Below are positions 1 through 12,200 of a stretch of DNA of 64,000 nt, piece by piece. Within the stretch, counting starts at the first letter, position 1. Each line of letters opens with the position of its first letter. A program made the position numbers and the translations under genes. Source of the DNA: Eledone cirrhosa. Lineage: Eukaryota. The notes under the pieces were generated by a model, which was not told where the DNA came from, searched no databases, and was given only the letters and a program-made list of their open reading frames with translations. The stretch lies in contig OZ024740.1 in assembly GCA_964016885.1 (NCBI GenBank), forward strand, positions 433,132,001 through 433,196,000, in the 5' to 3' direction.

Positions 1-3000
1 TATGTTGGTGAGGACTGAGTGTTGTTACAGTGATATGTTGGTGAGGACTGAGTGTTGTTACAGTAATATGTTGGTGGGACTGAGTGTTGTTACAGTAATA
101 TGTTGTTAAGGACTGAGTGTTGTTACAGTGATATGTTGGTGAGGACTGAGTGTTGTTACAGTGATATGTTGGTGAGGACAGTGTTACAGTGATATGTTGG
201 TGAGGACTGAGTGTTGTTACGGTGATATGTTGGTGAGGACTGAGTGTTGTTACAGTAATATGTTGGTGAGGACTGAGTGTTGTTACAGTAATATGTTGGT
301 GAGGACTGAGTGTTGTTACAGTAATATGTTGGTGAGGACTGAGTGTTGTTACAGTAATATGTTGGTGAGGACTGAGTGTTGTTACAGTAATATGTTGGTG
401 AGGACTGAGTGTTGTTACAGTAATATGTTGGTGAGGACTGAGTGTTGTTACAGTAATATGTTGGTGAGGACTGAGTGTTGTTACAGTAATATGTTGGTGA
501 GGACTGAGTGTTGTTACAGTAATATGTTGGTGAGGACTGAGTGTTGTTACAGTGATATGTTGGTGAGGACAGTGTTGTTACAGTGATATGTTGGTGAGGA
601 CTGAGTGTTGTTACAGTGATATGTTGGTGAGGACTGAGTGTTGTTACAGTAATATGTTGGTGAGGACTGAGTGTTGTTACAGTGATATGTTGGTGAGGAC
701 TGAGTGTTGTTACAGTGATATGTTGGTGAGGACTGAGTGTTGTTACAGTGATATGTTGGTGAGGACTGAGTGTTGTTACAGTGATATGTTGGTGAGGACT
801 GAGTGTTGTTACAGTGATATGTTGGTGAGGACTGAGTGTTGTTACAGTAATATGTTGGTGAGGACTGAGTGTTGTTACAGTAATATGTTGGTGAGGACTG
901 AGTGTTGTTACAGTAATATGTTGGTGAGGACTGAGTGTTGTTACAGTAATATGTTGGTGAGGACTGAGTGTTGTTACAGTGATATGTTGGTGAGGACTGA
1001 GTGGTGTTACAGTGATATGTTGGTGAGGACTGAGTGTTGTTACAGTGATATGTTGGTGAGGACTGAGTGTTGTTACAGTAATATGTTGGTGAGGACTGAG
1101 TGTTGTTACAGTGATATGTTGGTGAGGACTGAGTGTTGTTACAGTGATATGTTGGTGAGGACTGAGTGGTGTTACAGTGATATGTTGGTGAGGACTGAGT
1201 GTTGTTACAGTGATATGTTGGTGAGGACTGAGTGTTGTTACAGTGATATGTTGGTGAGGACTGAGTGGTGTTACAGTGATATGTTGGTGAGGACAGTGTT
1301 GTTACAGTGATATGTTGGTGAGGACTGAGTGTTGTTACAGTGATATGTTGGTGAGGACTGAGTGTTGTTACAGTGATATGTTGGTGAGGACAGTGTTGTT
1401 ACAGTGATATGTTGGTGAGGACTGAGTGTTGTTACAGTGATATGTTGGTGAGGACTGAGTGTTGTTACAGTGATATGTTGGTGAGGACTGAGTGTTGTTA
1501 CAGTGATATGTTGGTGAGGACTGAGTGTTGTTACAGTGATATGTTGGTGAGGACAGTGTTGTTACAGTGATATGTTGGTGAGGACTGAGTGTTGTTACAG
1601 TGATATGTTGGTGAGGACTGAGTGTTGTTACAGTGATATGTTGGTGAGGACTGAGTGTTGTTACAGTGATATGTTGGTGAGGACAGTGTTGTTACAGTGA
1701 TATGTTGGTGAGGACTGAGTGTTGTTACAGTGATATGTTGGTGAGGACTGAGTGTTGTTACAGTGATATGTTGGTGAGGACAGTGTTGTTACAGTGATAT
1801 GTTGGTGAGGACTGAGTGTTGTTACAGTGATATGTTGGTGAGGACTGAGTGTTGTTACAGTGATATGTTGGTGAGGACTGAGTGTTGTTACAGTGATATG
1901 TTGGTGAGGACTGAGTGTTGTTACAGTAATATGTTGGTGAGGACTGAGTGTTGTTACAGTAATATGTTGGTGAGGACTGAGTGTTGTTACAGTGATATGT
2001 TGGTGAGGACTGAGTGTTGTTACAGTAATATGTTGGTGAGGACTGAGTGTTGTTACAGTAATATGTTGGTAAGGACTGAGTGTTGTTACAGTGATATGTT
2101 GGTGAGGACTGAGTGTTGTTACAGTGATATGTTGGTGAGGACTGAGTGTTGTTACAGTAATATGTTGGTGAGGACTGAGTGTTGTTACAGTAATATGTTG
2201 GTAAGGACTGAGTGTTGTTACAGTGATATGTTGGTGAGGACTGTGTGTTGTTACAGTAATATGTTGGTGAGGACTGAGTGTTGTTACAGTACTATGTTGG
2301 TAAGGACTGAGTGTTGTTACAGTGATATGTTGGTGAGGACTGAGTGTTGTTACAGTAATATGTTGGTGAGGACTGAGTGTTGTTACAGTAATATGTTGGT
2401 AAGGACTGAGTGTTGTTACAGTGATATGTTGGTGAGGACTGAGTGTTGTTACAGTAATATGTTGGTAAGGACTGAGTGTTGTTACAGTAATATGTTGGTG
2501 AGGACTGAGTGTTGTTACAGTGATATGTTGGTAAGGACTGAGTGTTGTTACAGTGATATGTTGGTGAGGACTGAGTGTTGTTACAGTAATATGTTGGTGA
2601 GGACTGAGTGTTGTTACAGTAATATGTTGGTGAGGACTGAGTGTTGTTACAGTGATATGTTGGTGAGGACTGAGTGTTGTTACAGTAATATGTTGGTGAG
2701 GACTGAGTGTTGTTACAGTGATATGTTGGTGAGGACTGAGTGTTGTTACAGTGATATGTTGGTGAGGACTGAGTGTTGTTACAGTAATATGTTGGTGAGG
2801 ACTGAGTGTTGTTACAGTGATATGTTGGTGAGGACTGAGTGTTGTTACAGTGATATGTTGGTAAGGACTGAGTGTTGTTACAGTGATATGTTGGTGAGGA
2901 CTGAGTGTTGTTACAGTGATATGTTGGTGAGGACTGAGTGTTGTTACAGTGATATGTTGGTGAGGACAGTGTTGTTACAGTGATATGTTGGTGAGGACAG

Positions 3001-6000
3001 TGTTGTTACAGTAATATGTTGGTGAGGACTGAGTGTTGTTACAGTGATATGTTGGTGAGGACAGTGTTGTTACAGTGATATGTTGGTGAGGACTGAGTGT
3101 TGTTACAGTGATATGTTGGTGAGGACTGAGTGTTGTTACAGTAATATGTTGGTGAGGACTGAGTGTTGTTACAGTGATATGTTGGTGAGGACTGAGTGTT
3201 GTTACAGTGATATGTTGGTGAGGACTGAGTGTTGTTACAGTAATATGTTGGTGAGGACTGAGTGTTGTTACAGTGATATGTTGGTGAGGACTGAGTGTTG
3301 TTACAGTGATATGTTGGTAAGGACTGAGTGTTGTTACAGTGATATGTTGGTGAGGACTGAGTATTGTTACAGTGATATGTTGGTGAGGACTGAGTGTTGT
3401 TACAGTGATATGTTGGTGAGGACTGAGTGTTGTTACAGTGATATGTTGGTGAGGACAGTGTTGTTACAGTGATATGTTGGTGAGGACAGTGTTGTTACAG
3501 TAATATGTTGGTGAGGACTGAGTGTTGTTACAGTGATATGTTGGTGAGGACAGTGTTGTTACAGTGATATGTTGGTGAGGACTGAGTGTTGTTACAGTGA
3601 TATGTTGGTGAGGACTGAGTGTTGTTACAGTGATATGTTGGTGAGGACTGAGTGTTGTTACAGTGATATGTTGGTGAGGACTGAGTGTTGTTACAGTGAT
3701 ATGTTGGTGAGGACAGTGTTGTTACAGTAATATGTTGGTGAGGACTGAGTGTTGTTACAGTGATATGTTGGTAAGGACTGAGTGTTGTTACAGTAATAGG
3801 TTGGTGAGGACTGAGTGTTGTTACAGTGATATGTTGGTGAGGACTGAGTGTTGTTACAGTGATATGTTGGTGAGGACTGAGTGTTGTTACAGTGATATGT
3901 TGGTGAGGACAGTGTTGTTACAGTGATATGTTGGTGAGGACTGAGTGTTGTTACAGTGATATGTTGGTAAGGACTGAGTGTTGTTACAGTAATAGGTTGG
4001 TGAGGACTGAGTGTTGTTACAGTGATATGTTGGTGAGGACTGAGTGTTGTTACAGTGATATGTTGGTGAGGACTGAGTGTTGTTACAGTAATATGTTGGT
4101 GAGGACTGAGTGTTGTTACAGTAATATGTTGGTGAGGACTGAGTGTTGTTACAGTAATATGTTGGTAAGGACTGAGTGTTGTTACAGTGATATGTTGGTG
4201 AGGACTGAGTGTTGTTACAGTGATATGTTGGTGAGGACTGAGTGTTGTTACAGTAATATGTTGGTGAGGACTGAGTGTTGTTACAGTAATATGTTGGTAA
4301 GGACTGAGTGTTGTTACAGTGATATGTTGGTGAGGACTGTGTTGTTACAGTAATATGTTGGTGAGGACTGAGTGTTGTTACAGTACTATGTTGGTAAGGA
4401 CTGAGTGTTGTTACAGTGATATGTTGGTGAGGACTGAGTGTTGTTACAGTAATATGTTGGTGAGGACTGAGTGTTGTTACAGTAATATGTTGGTAAGGAC
4501 TGAGTGTTGTTACAGTGATATGTTGGTGAGGACTGAGTGTTGTTACAGTAATATGTTGGTAAGGACTGAGTGTTGTTACAGTAATATGTTGGTGAGGACT
4601 GAGTGTTGTTACAGTGATATGTTGGTAAGGACTGAGTGTTGTTACAGTGATATGTTGGTGAGGACTGAGTGTTGTTACAGTAATATGTTGGTGAGGACTG
4701 AGTGTTGTTACAGTAATATGTTGGTGAGGACTGAGTGTTGTTACAGTGATATGTTGGTGAGGACTGAGTGTTGTTACAGTAATATGTTGGTGAGGACTGA
4801 GTGTTGTTACAGTGATATGTTGGTGAGGACTGAGTGTTGTTACAGTGATATGTTGGTGAGGACTGAGTGTTGTTACAGTAATATGTTGGTGAGGACTGAG
4901 TGTTGTTACAGTGATATGTTGGTGAGGACTGAGTGTTGTTACAGTGATATGTTGGTAAGGACTGAGTGTTGTTACAGTGATATGTTGGTGAGGACTGAGT
5001 GTTGTTACAGTGATATGTTGGTGAGGACTGAGTGTTGTTACAGTGATATGTTGGTGAGGACTGAGTGTTGTTACAGTGATATGTTGGTGAGGACAGTGTT
5101 GTTACAGTGATATGTTGGTGAGGACAGTGTTGTTACAGTAATATGTTGGTGAGGACTGAGTGTTGTTACAGTGATATGTTGGTGAGGACAGCGTTGTTAC
5201 AGTGATATGTTGGTGAGGACAGTGTTGTTACAGTAATATGTTGGTGTGGACTGAGTGTTGTTACAGTGATATGTTGGTGAGGACAGTGTTGTTACAGTAA
5301 TATGTTGGTGTGGACTGAGTGTTGTTACAGTGATATGTTGGTGAGGACTGAGTGTTGTTACAGTGATATGTTGGTGAGGACAGTGTTGTTACAGTGATAT
5401 GTTGGTGAGGACAGTGTTGTTACAGTGATATGTTGGTGAGGACTGAGTGTTGTTACAGTGATATGTTGGTGAGGACAGTGTTGTTACAGTGATATGTTGG
5501 TGAGGACAGTGTTGTTACAGTAATATGTTGGTGTGGACTGAGTGTTGTTACAGTGATATGTTGGTGAGGACAGTGTTGTTACAGTGATATGTTGGTGAGG
5601 ACTGAGTGTTGTTACAGTGATATGTTGGTGAGGACTGAGTGTTGTTACAGTGATATGTTGGTGAGGACTGAGTGTTGTTACAGTGATATGTTGGTGAGGA
5701 CTGAGTGTTGTTACAGTGATATGTTGGTGAGGACTGAGTGTTGTTACAGTGACATGTTGGTGAGGACAATGCTGTTACAGTGATATGTTGGTGAGGACTG
5801 AGTGTTGTTACAGTGATATGTTGGTGAGGACTGAGTGTTGTTACAGTGATATGTTGGTGAGGACTGAGTGTTGTTACAGTGATATGTTGGTGAGGACAGT
5901 GTTGTTACAGTGATATGTTGGTGAGGACTGAGTGTTGTTACAGTGATATGTTGGTAAGGACTGAGTGTTGTTACAGTAATAGGTTGGTGAGGACTGAGTG

Positions 6001-6200
6001 TTGTTACAGTGATATGTTGGTGAGGACTGAGTGTTGTTACAGTGATATGTTGGTGAGGACTGAATGTTGTTACAGTAATATGTTGGTGAGGACTGAATGT
6101 TGTTACAGTAATATGTTGGTGAGGACTGAGTGTTGCTACAGTGATATGTTGGTGAGGACTGAGTGTTGTTACAGTAATATGTTGGTGAGGACTGAGTGTT
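1..6200 (+). repeat. Array sub-domain A: rich in 31-bp monomers (GGACAGTG) and GTAAGG variants
   Basis: 31-bp monomers are dense at about 1290-1790, 2965-3070 and 5090-5580. Local variants are GAGTGGTG (about 1000, 1164, 1263), AGTACT (2288, 4382) and GTGTGGAC (about 5244, 5308, 5531). Boundaries are approximate. Confidence 0.75.
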
Positions 6201-9200
6201 GTTAGAGTAATATGTTGGTGAGGACTGAGTGTTGTTACAGTGATATGTTGGTAAGGACTGAGTGTTGTTAGAGTGATATGTTGGTGAGGACTGAGTGTTG
6301 TTACAGTGATATGTTGGTGACGACTGAGTGTTGTTACAGTGATATGTTGGTGAGGACTGAGTGTTGTTACAGTGATATGTTGGTGAGGACTGAGTGTTGT
6401 TACAGTGATATGTTGGTGAGGACTGACTGTTGTTACAGTGATATGTTGGTGAGGACTGAGTGTTGTTACAGTGATATGTTGGTGAGGACTGATTGTTGTT
6501 ACAGTAATATGTTGGTGAGGACTGAGTGTTGTTACAGTGATATGTTGGTGAGGACAGAGTGTTGTTACAGTGATATGTTGGTGAGGACTGAGTGTTGTTA
6601 CAGTGATATGTTGGTGAGGACTGAGTGTTGTTACAGTAATATGTTGGTGAGGACTGAGTGTTGTTACAGTAATATGTTGGTGAGGACTGAGTGTTGTTAC
6701 AGTAATATGTTGGTGAGGACTGAGTGTTGTTACAGTGATATGTTGGTGAGGACTGAGTGTTGTTACAGTAATATAATGGTGAGGACTGAGTGTTACAGTA
6801 ATATGTTGGTGAGGACTGAGTGTTGTTACAGTAATATGTTGGTGAGGACTGAGTGTTACAGTAATATGTTGGTGAGGACTGAGTGTTGTTACAGTAATAT
6901 GTTGGTGAGGACTGAGTGTTACAGTAATATGTTGGTGAGGACTGAGTGTTGTTACAGTGATATGTTGGTGAGGACTGAGTGTTGTTACAGTGATATGTTG
7001 GTGAGGACTGAGTGTTGTTACAGTAATATGTTGGTGAGGACTGAGTGTTGTTACAGTAATATGTTGGTGAGGACTGAGTGTTGTTACAGTAATATGTTGG
7101 TGAGGACTGAGTGTTACAGTAATATGTTGGTGAGGACTGAGTGTTGTTACAGTAATATGTTGGTGAGGACTGAGTGTTGTTACAGTAATATGTTGGTGAG
7201 GACTGAGTGTTGTTACAGTAATATGTTGGTGAGGACTGAGTGTTGTTACAGTGATATGTTGGTGAGGACTGAGTGTTGTTACAGTGATATGTTGGTGAGG
7301 ACTGAGTGTTACAGTAATATGTTGGTGAGGACTGAGTGTTGTTACAGTAATATGTTGGTGAGGACTGAGTGTTGTTACAGTAATATGTTGGTGAGGACTG
7401 AGTGTTACAGTAATATGTTGGTGAGGACTGAGTGTTGTTACAGTAATATGTTGGTGAGGACTGAGTGTTGTTACAGTAATATGTTGGTGAGGACTGAGTG
7501 TTGTTACAGTGATATGTTGGTGAGGACTGAGTGTTGTTACAGTGATATGTTGGTGAGGACTGAGTGTTGTTACAGTAATATGTTGGTGAGGACTGAGTGT
7601 TGTTACAGTAATATGTTGGTGAGGACTGAGTGTTGTTACAGTAATATGTTGGTGAGGACTGAGTGTTGTTACAGTGATATGCTGGTGAGGACTGAGTGTT
7701 GTTACAGTAATATGTTGGTGAGGACTGAGTGTTGTTACAGTAATATGTTGGTGAGGACTGAGTGTTGTTACAGTAATATGTTGGTGAGGACTGAGTGTTG
7801 TTACAGTGATATGTTGGTGAGGACTGAGTGTTGTTACAGTGATATGTTGGTGAGGACTGAGTGTTGTTACAGTGATATGTTGGTGAGGACTGAGTGTTGT
7901 TACAGTAATAGGTTGGTGAGGACTGAGTGTTGTTACAGTGATATGTTGGTGAGGACTGAGTGTTGTTACAGTAATAGGTTGGTGAGGACTGAGTGTTGTT
8001 ACAGTGATATGTTGGTGAGGACTGAGTGTTGTTACAGTGATATGTTGGTGAGGACTGAGTGTTGTTACAGTGATATGTTGGTGAGGACTGAGTGTTACAG
8101 TAATATTTTGGTGAGGACTGAGTGTTGTTACAGTGATATGTTGGTGAGGACTGAGTGTTGTTACAGTGATATGTTGGTGAGGACTGAGTGTTGTTACAGT
8201 GATATGTTGGTGAGGACTGAGTGTTGTTACAGTGATAGGTTGGTGAGGACTGAGTGTTGTTACAGTAATAGGTTGGTGAGGACTGAGTGTTGTTACAGTG
8301 ATATGTTGGTGAGGACTGAATGTTGTTACAGTGATATGTTGGTGAGGACAGTGTTGTTACAGTGATATGTTGGTGAGGACAGTGTTGTTACAGTAATATG
8401 TTGGTGAGGACTGAGTGTTGTTACAGTGATATGTTGGTGAGGACTGAGTGTTGTTACAGTGATATGTTGGTGAGGACTGAGTGTTGTTACAGTGATATGT
8501 TGGTGAGGACAGTGTTGTTACAGTGATATGTTGGTGAGAACAGTGTTGTTAGAGTAATATGTTGGTGAGGACTGAGTGTTGTTAGAGTAATATGTTGGTG
8601 AGGACTGAGTGTTGTTACAGTGATATGTTGGTAAGGACTGAGTGTTGTTAGAGTGATATGTTGGTGAGGACTGAGTGTTGTTACAGTGATATGTTGGTGA
8701 CGACTGAGTGTTGTTACAGTGATATGTTGGTGAGGACTGAGTGTTGTTACAGTGATATGTTGGTGAGGACTGAGTGTTGTTACAGTGATATGTTGGTGAG
8801 GACTGACTGTTGTTACAGTGATATGTTGGTGAGGACTGAGTGTTGTTACAGTGATATGTTGGTGAGGACTGATTGTTGTTACAGTAATATGTTGGTGAGG
8901 ACTCAGTGTTGTTACAGTGATATGTTGGTGAGGACTGAGTGTTGTTACAGTGATATGTTGGTGAGGACTGAGTGTTGTTACAGTAATATGTTGGTGAGGA
9001 CTGAGTGTTGTTACAGTGATATGTTGGTGAGGACTGAGTGTTGTTAGAGTGATATGTTGGTGAGGACTGAGTGTTGTTACAGTAATATGTTGGTGAGGAC
9101 TGAGTGTTGTTACAGTAATATGTTGGTGAGGACTGAGTGTTGTTACAGTGATATGTTGGTGAGGACTGAGTGTTGTTACAGTAATATGTTGGTGAGGACT

Positions 9201-12200
9201 GAGTGTTGTTACAGTAATATGTTGGTGAGGACTGAGTGTTACAGTAATATGTTGGTGAGGACTGAGTGTTGTTACAGTAATATGTTGGTGAGGACTGAGT
9301 GTTGTTACAGTAATATGTTGGTGAGGACTGAGTGTTGTTACAGTGATATGTTGGTGAGGACTGAGTGTTGTTACAGTGATATGTTGGTGAGGACTGAGTG
9401 TTGTTACAGTAATATGTTGGTGAGGACTGAGTGTTGTTACAGTAATATGTTGGTGAGGACTGAGTGTTGTTACAGTAATATGTTGGTGAGGACTGAGTGT
9501 TACAGTAATATGTTGGTGAGGACTGAGTGTTGTTACAGTAATATGTTGGTGAGGACTGAGTGTTGTTACAGTAATATGTTGGTGAGGACTGAGTGTTGTT
9601 ACAGTGATATGTTGGTGAGGACTGAGTGTTGTTACAGTGATATGTTGGTGAGGACTGAGTGTTGTTACAGTAATATGTTGGTGAGGACTGAGTGTTGTTA
9701 CAGTAATATGTTGGTGAGGACTGAGTGTTGTTACAGTAATATGTTGGTGAGGACTGAGTGTTGTTACAGTGATATGTTGGTGACGACTGAGTGTTGTTAC
9801 AGTGATATGTTGGTGAGGACTGAGTGTTGTTACAGTGATATGTTGGTGATGACTGAGTGTTGTTACAGTGATATGTTGGTGAGGACTGACTGTTGTTACA
9901 GTGATATGTTGGTGAGGACTGAGTGTTGTTACAGTGATATGTTGGTGAGGACTGATTGTTGTTACAGTAATATGTTGGTGAGGACTGAGTGTTGTTACAG
10001 TGATATGTTGGTGAGGACTGAGTGTTGTTACAGTGATATGTTGGTGAGGACTGAGTGTTGTTACAGTAATATGTTGGTGAGGACTGAGTGTTGTTACAGT
10101 AATATGTTGGTGAGGACTGAGTGTTGTTACAGTAATATGTTGGTGAGGACTGAGTGTTGTTACAGTGATATGTTGGTGAGGACTGAGTGTTGTTACAGTA
10201 ATATGTTGGTGAGGACTGAGTGTTGTTACAGTAATATGTTGGTGAGGACTGAGTGTTACAGTAATATGTTGGTGAGGACTGAGTGTTGTTACAGTAATAT
10301 GTTGGTGAGGACTGAGTGTTGTTACAGTAATATGTTGGTGAGGACTGAGTGTTGTTACAGTGATATGTTGGTGAGGACTGAGTGTTGTTACAGTGATATG
10401 TTGGTGAGGACTGAGTGTTGTTACAGTAATATGTTGCTGAGGACTGAGTGTTGTTACAGTAATATGTTGGTGAGGACTGAGTGTTGTTACAGTAATATGT
10501 TGGTGAGGACTGAGTGTTGTTACAGTGATATGTTGGTGACGACTGAGTGTTGTTACAGTGATATGTTGGTGAGGACTGAGTGTTGTTACAGTGATATGTT
10601 GGTGAGGACTGAGTGTTGTTACAGTGATATGTTGGTGAGGACTGACTGTTGTTACAGTGATATGTTGGTGAGGACTGAGTGTTGTTACAGTGATATGTTG
10701 GTGAGGACTGATTGTTGTTACAGTAATATGTTGGTGAGGACTGAGTGTTGTTACAGTGATATGTTGGTGAGGACTGAGTGTTGTTACAGTGATATGTTGG
10801 TGAGGACTGAGTGTTGTTACAGTAATATGTTGGTGAGGACTGAGTGTTGTTACAGTAACATGTTGGTGAGGACTGAGTGTTGTTACAGTAATATGTTGGT
10901 GAGGACTGAGTGTTGTTACAGTGATATGTTGGTGAGGACTGAGTGTTGTTACAGTAATATGTTGGTGAGGACTGAGTGTTGTTACAGTAATATGTTGGTG
11001 AGGACTGAGTGTTACAGTAATATGTTGGTGAGGACTGAGTGTTGTTACAGTAATATGTTGGTGAGGACTGAGTGTTGTTACAGTAATATGTTGGTGAGGA
11101 CTGAGTGTTGTTACAGTGATATGTTGGTGAGGACTGAGTGTTGTTACAGTGATATGTTGGTGAGGACTGAGTGTTGTTACAGTAATATGTTGGTGAGGAC
11201 TGAGTGTTGTTACAGTAATATGTTGGTGAGGACTGAGTGTTGTTACAGTAATATGTTGGTGAGGACTGAGTGTTACAGTAATATGTTGGTGAGGACTGAG
11301 TGTTGTTACAGTAATATGTTGGTGAGGACTGAGTGTTGTTACAGTAATATGTTGGTGAGGACTGAGTGTTGTTACAGTGATATGTTGGTGAGGACTGAGT
11401 GTTGTTACAGTGATATGTTGGTGAGGACTGAGTGTTGTTACAGTGATATGTTGGTGAGGACTGAGTGTTGTTACAGTAATATGTTGGTGAGGACTGAGTG
11501 TTGTTACAGTAATATGTTGGTGAGGACTGAGTGTTGTTACAGTAATATGTTGGTGAGGACTGAGTGTTGTTACAGTGATATGCTGGTGAGGACTGAGTGT
11601 TGTTACAGTAATATGTTGGTGAGGACTGAGTGTTGTTACAGTAATATGTTGGTGAGGACTGAGTGTTGTTACAGTAATATGTTGGTGAGGACTGAGTGTT
11701 GTTACAGTGATATGTTGGTGAGGACTGAGTGTTGTTACAGTGATATGTTGGTGAGGACTGACTGTTGTTACAGTGATATGTTGGTGAGGACTGAGTGTTG
11801 TTACAGTGATATGTTGGTGAGGACTGAGTGTTGTTACAGTAATATGTTGGTGAGGACTGACTGTTGTTACAGTGATATGTTGGTGAGGACTGAGTGTTGT
11901 TACAGTGATATGTTGGTGAGGACTGAGTGTTGTTACAGTGATATGTTGGTGAGGACTGAGTGTTGTTACAGTAATAGGTTGGTGAGGACTGAGTGTTGTT
12001 ACAGTGATATGTTGGTGAGGACTGAGTGTTGTTACAGTGATATGTTGGTGAGGACTGACTGTTGTTACAGTGATATGTTGGTGAGGACTGAGTGTTGTTA
12101 CAGTGATATGTTGGTGAGGACTGAGTGTTGTTACAGTGATATGTTGGTGAGGACTGAGTGTTGTTACAGTAATAGGTTGGTGAGGACTGAGTGTTGTTAC

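Noticed and set aside
206-260. Hairpin from ACTG...CAGT within the monomer, and TACAGTG resembling Tc1/mariner ends or the V(D)J RSS heptamer
   Set aside because: Only 4 bp of perfect inverted match. There is no terminal inverted repeat pair or transposase. The plus-strand heptamer lacks the required CAC, and no nonamer lies at 12 or 23 bp spacing on either strand.
5548-5769. Minus-strand 73-aa ORF (SSPTYHCNNTQ repeats)
   Set aside because: It is the antisense frame of the satellite, called only because of a local variant start codon.
7681-7688. Chi-like GCTGGTGA variant (also about 11582, 21561, 23038, 23863, 25241)
   Set aside because: A 7/8 match to E. coli Chi (GCTGGTGG) produced by one T>C change and spread by duplication. 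No functional support.
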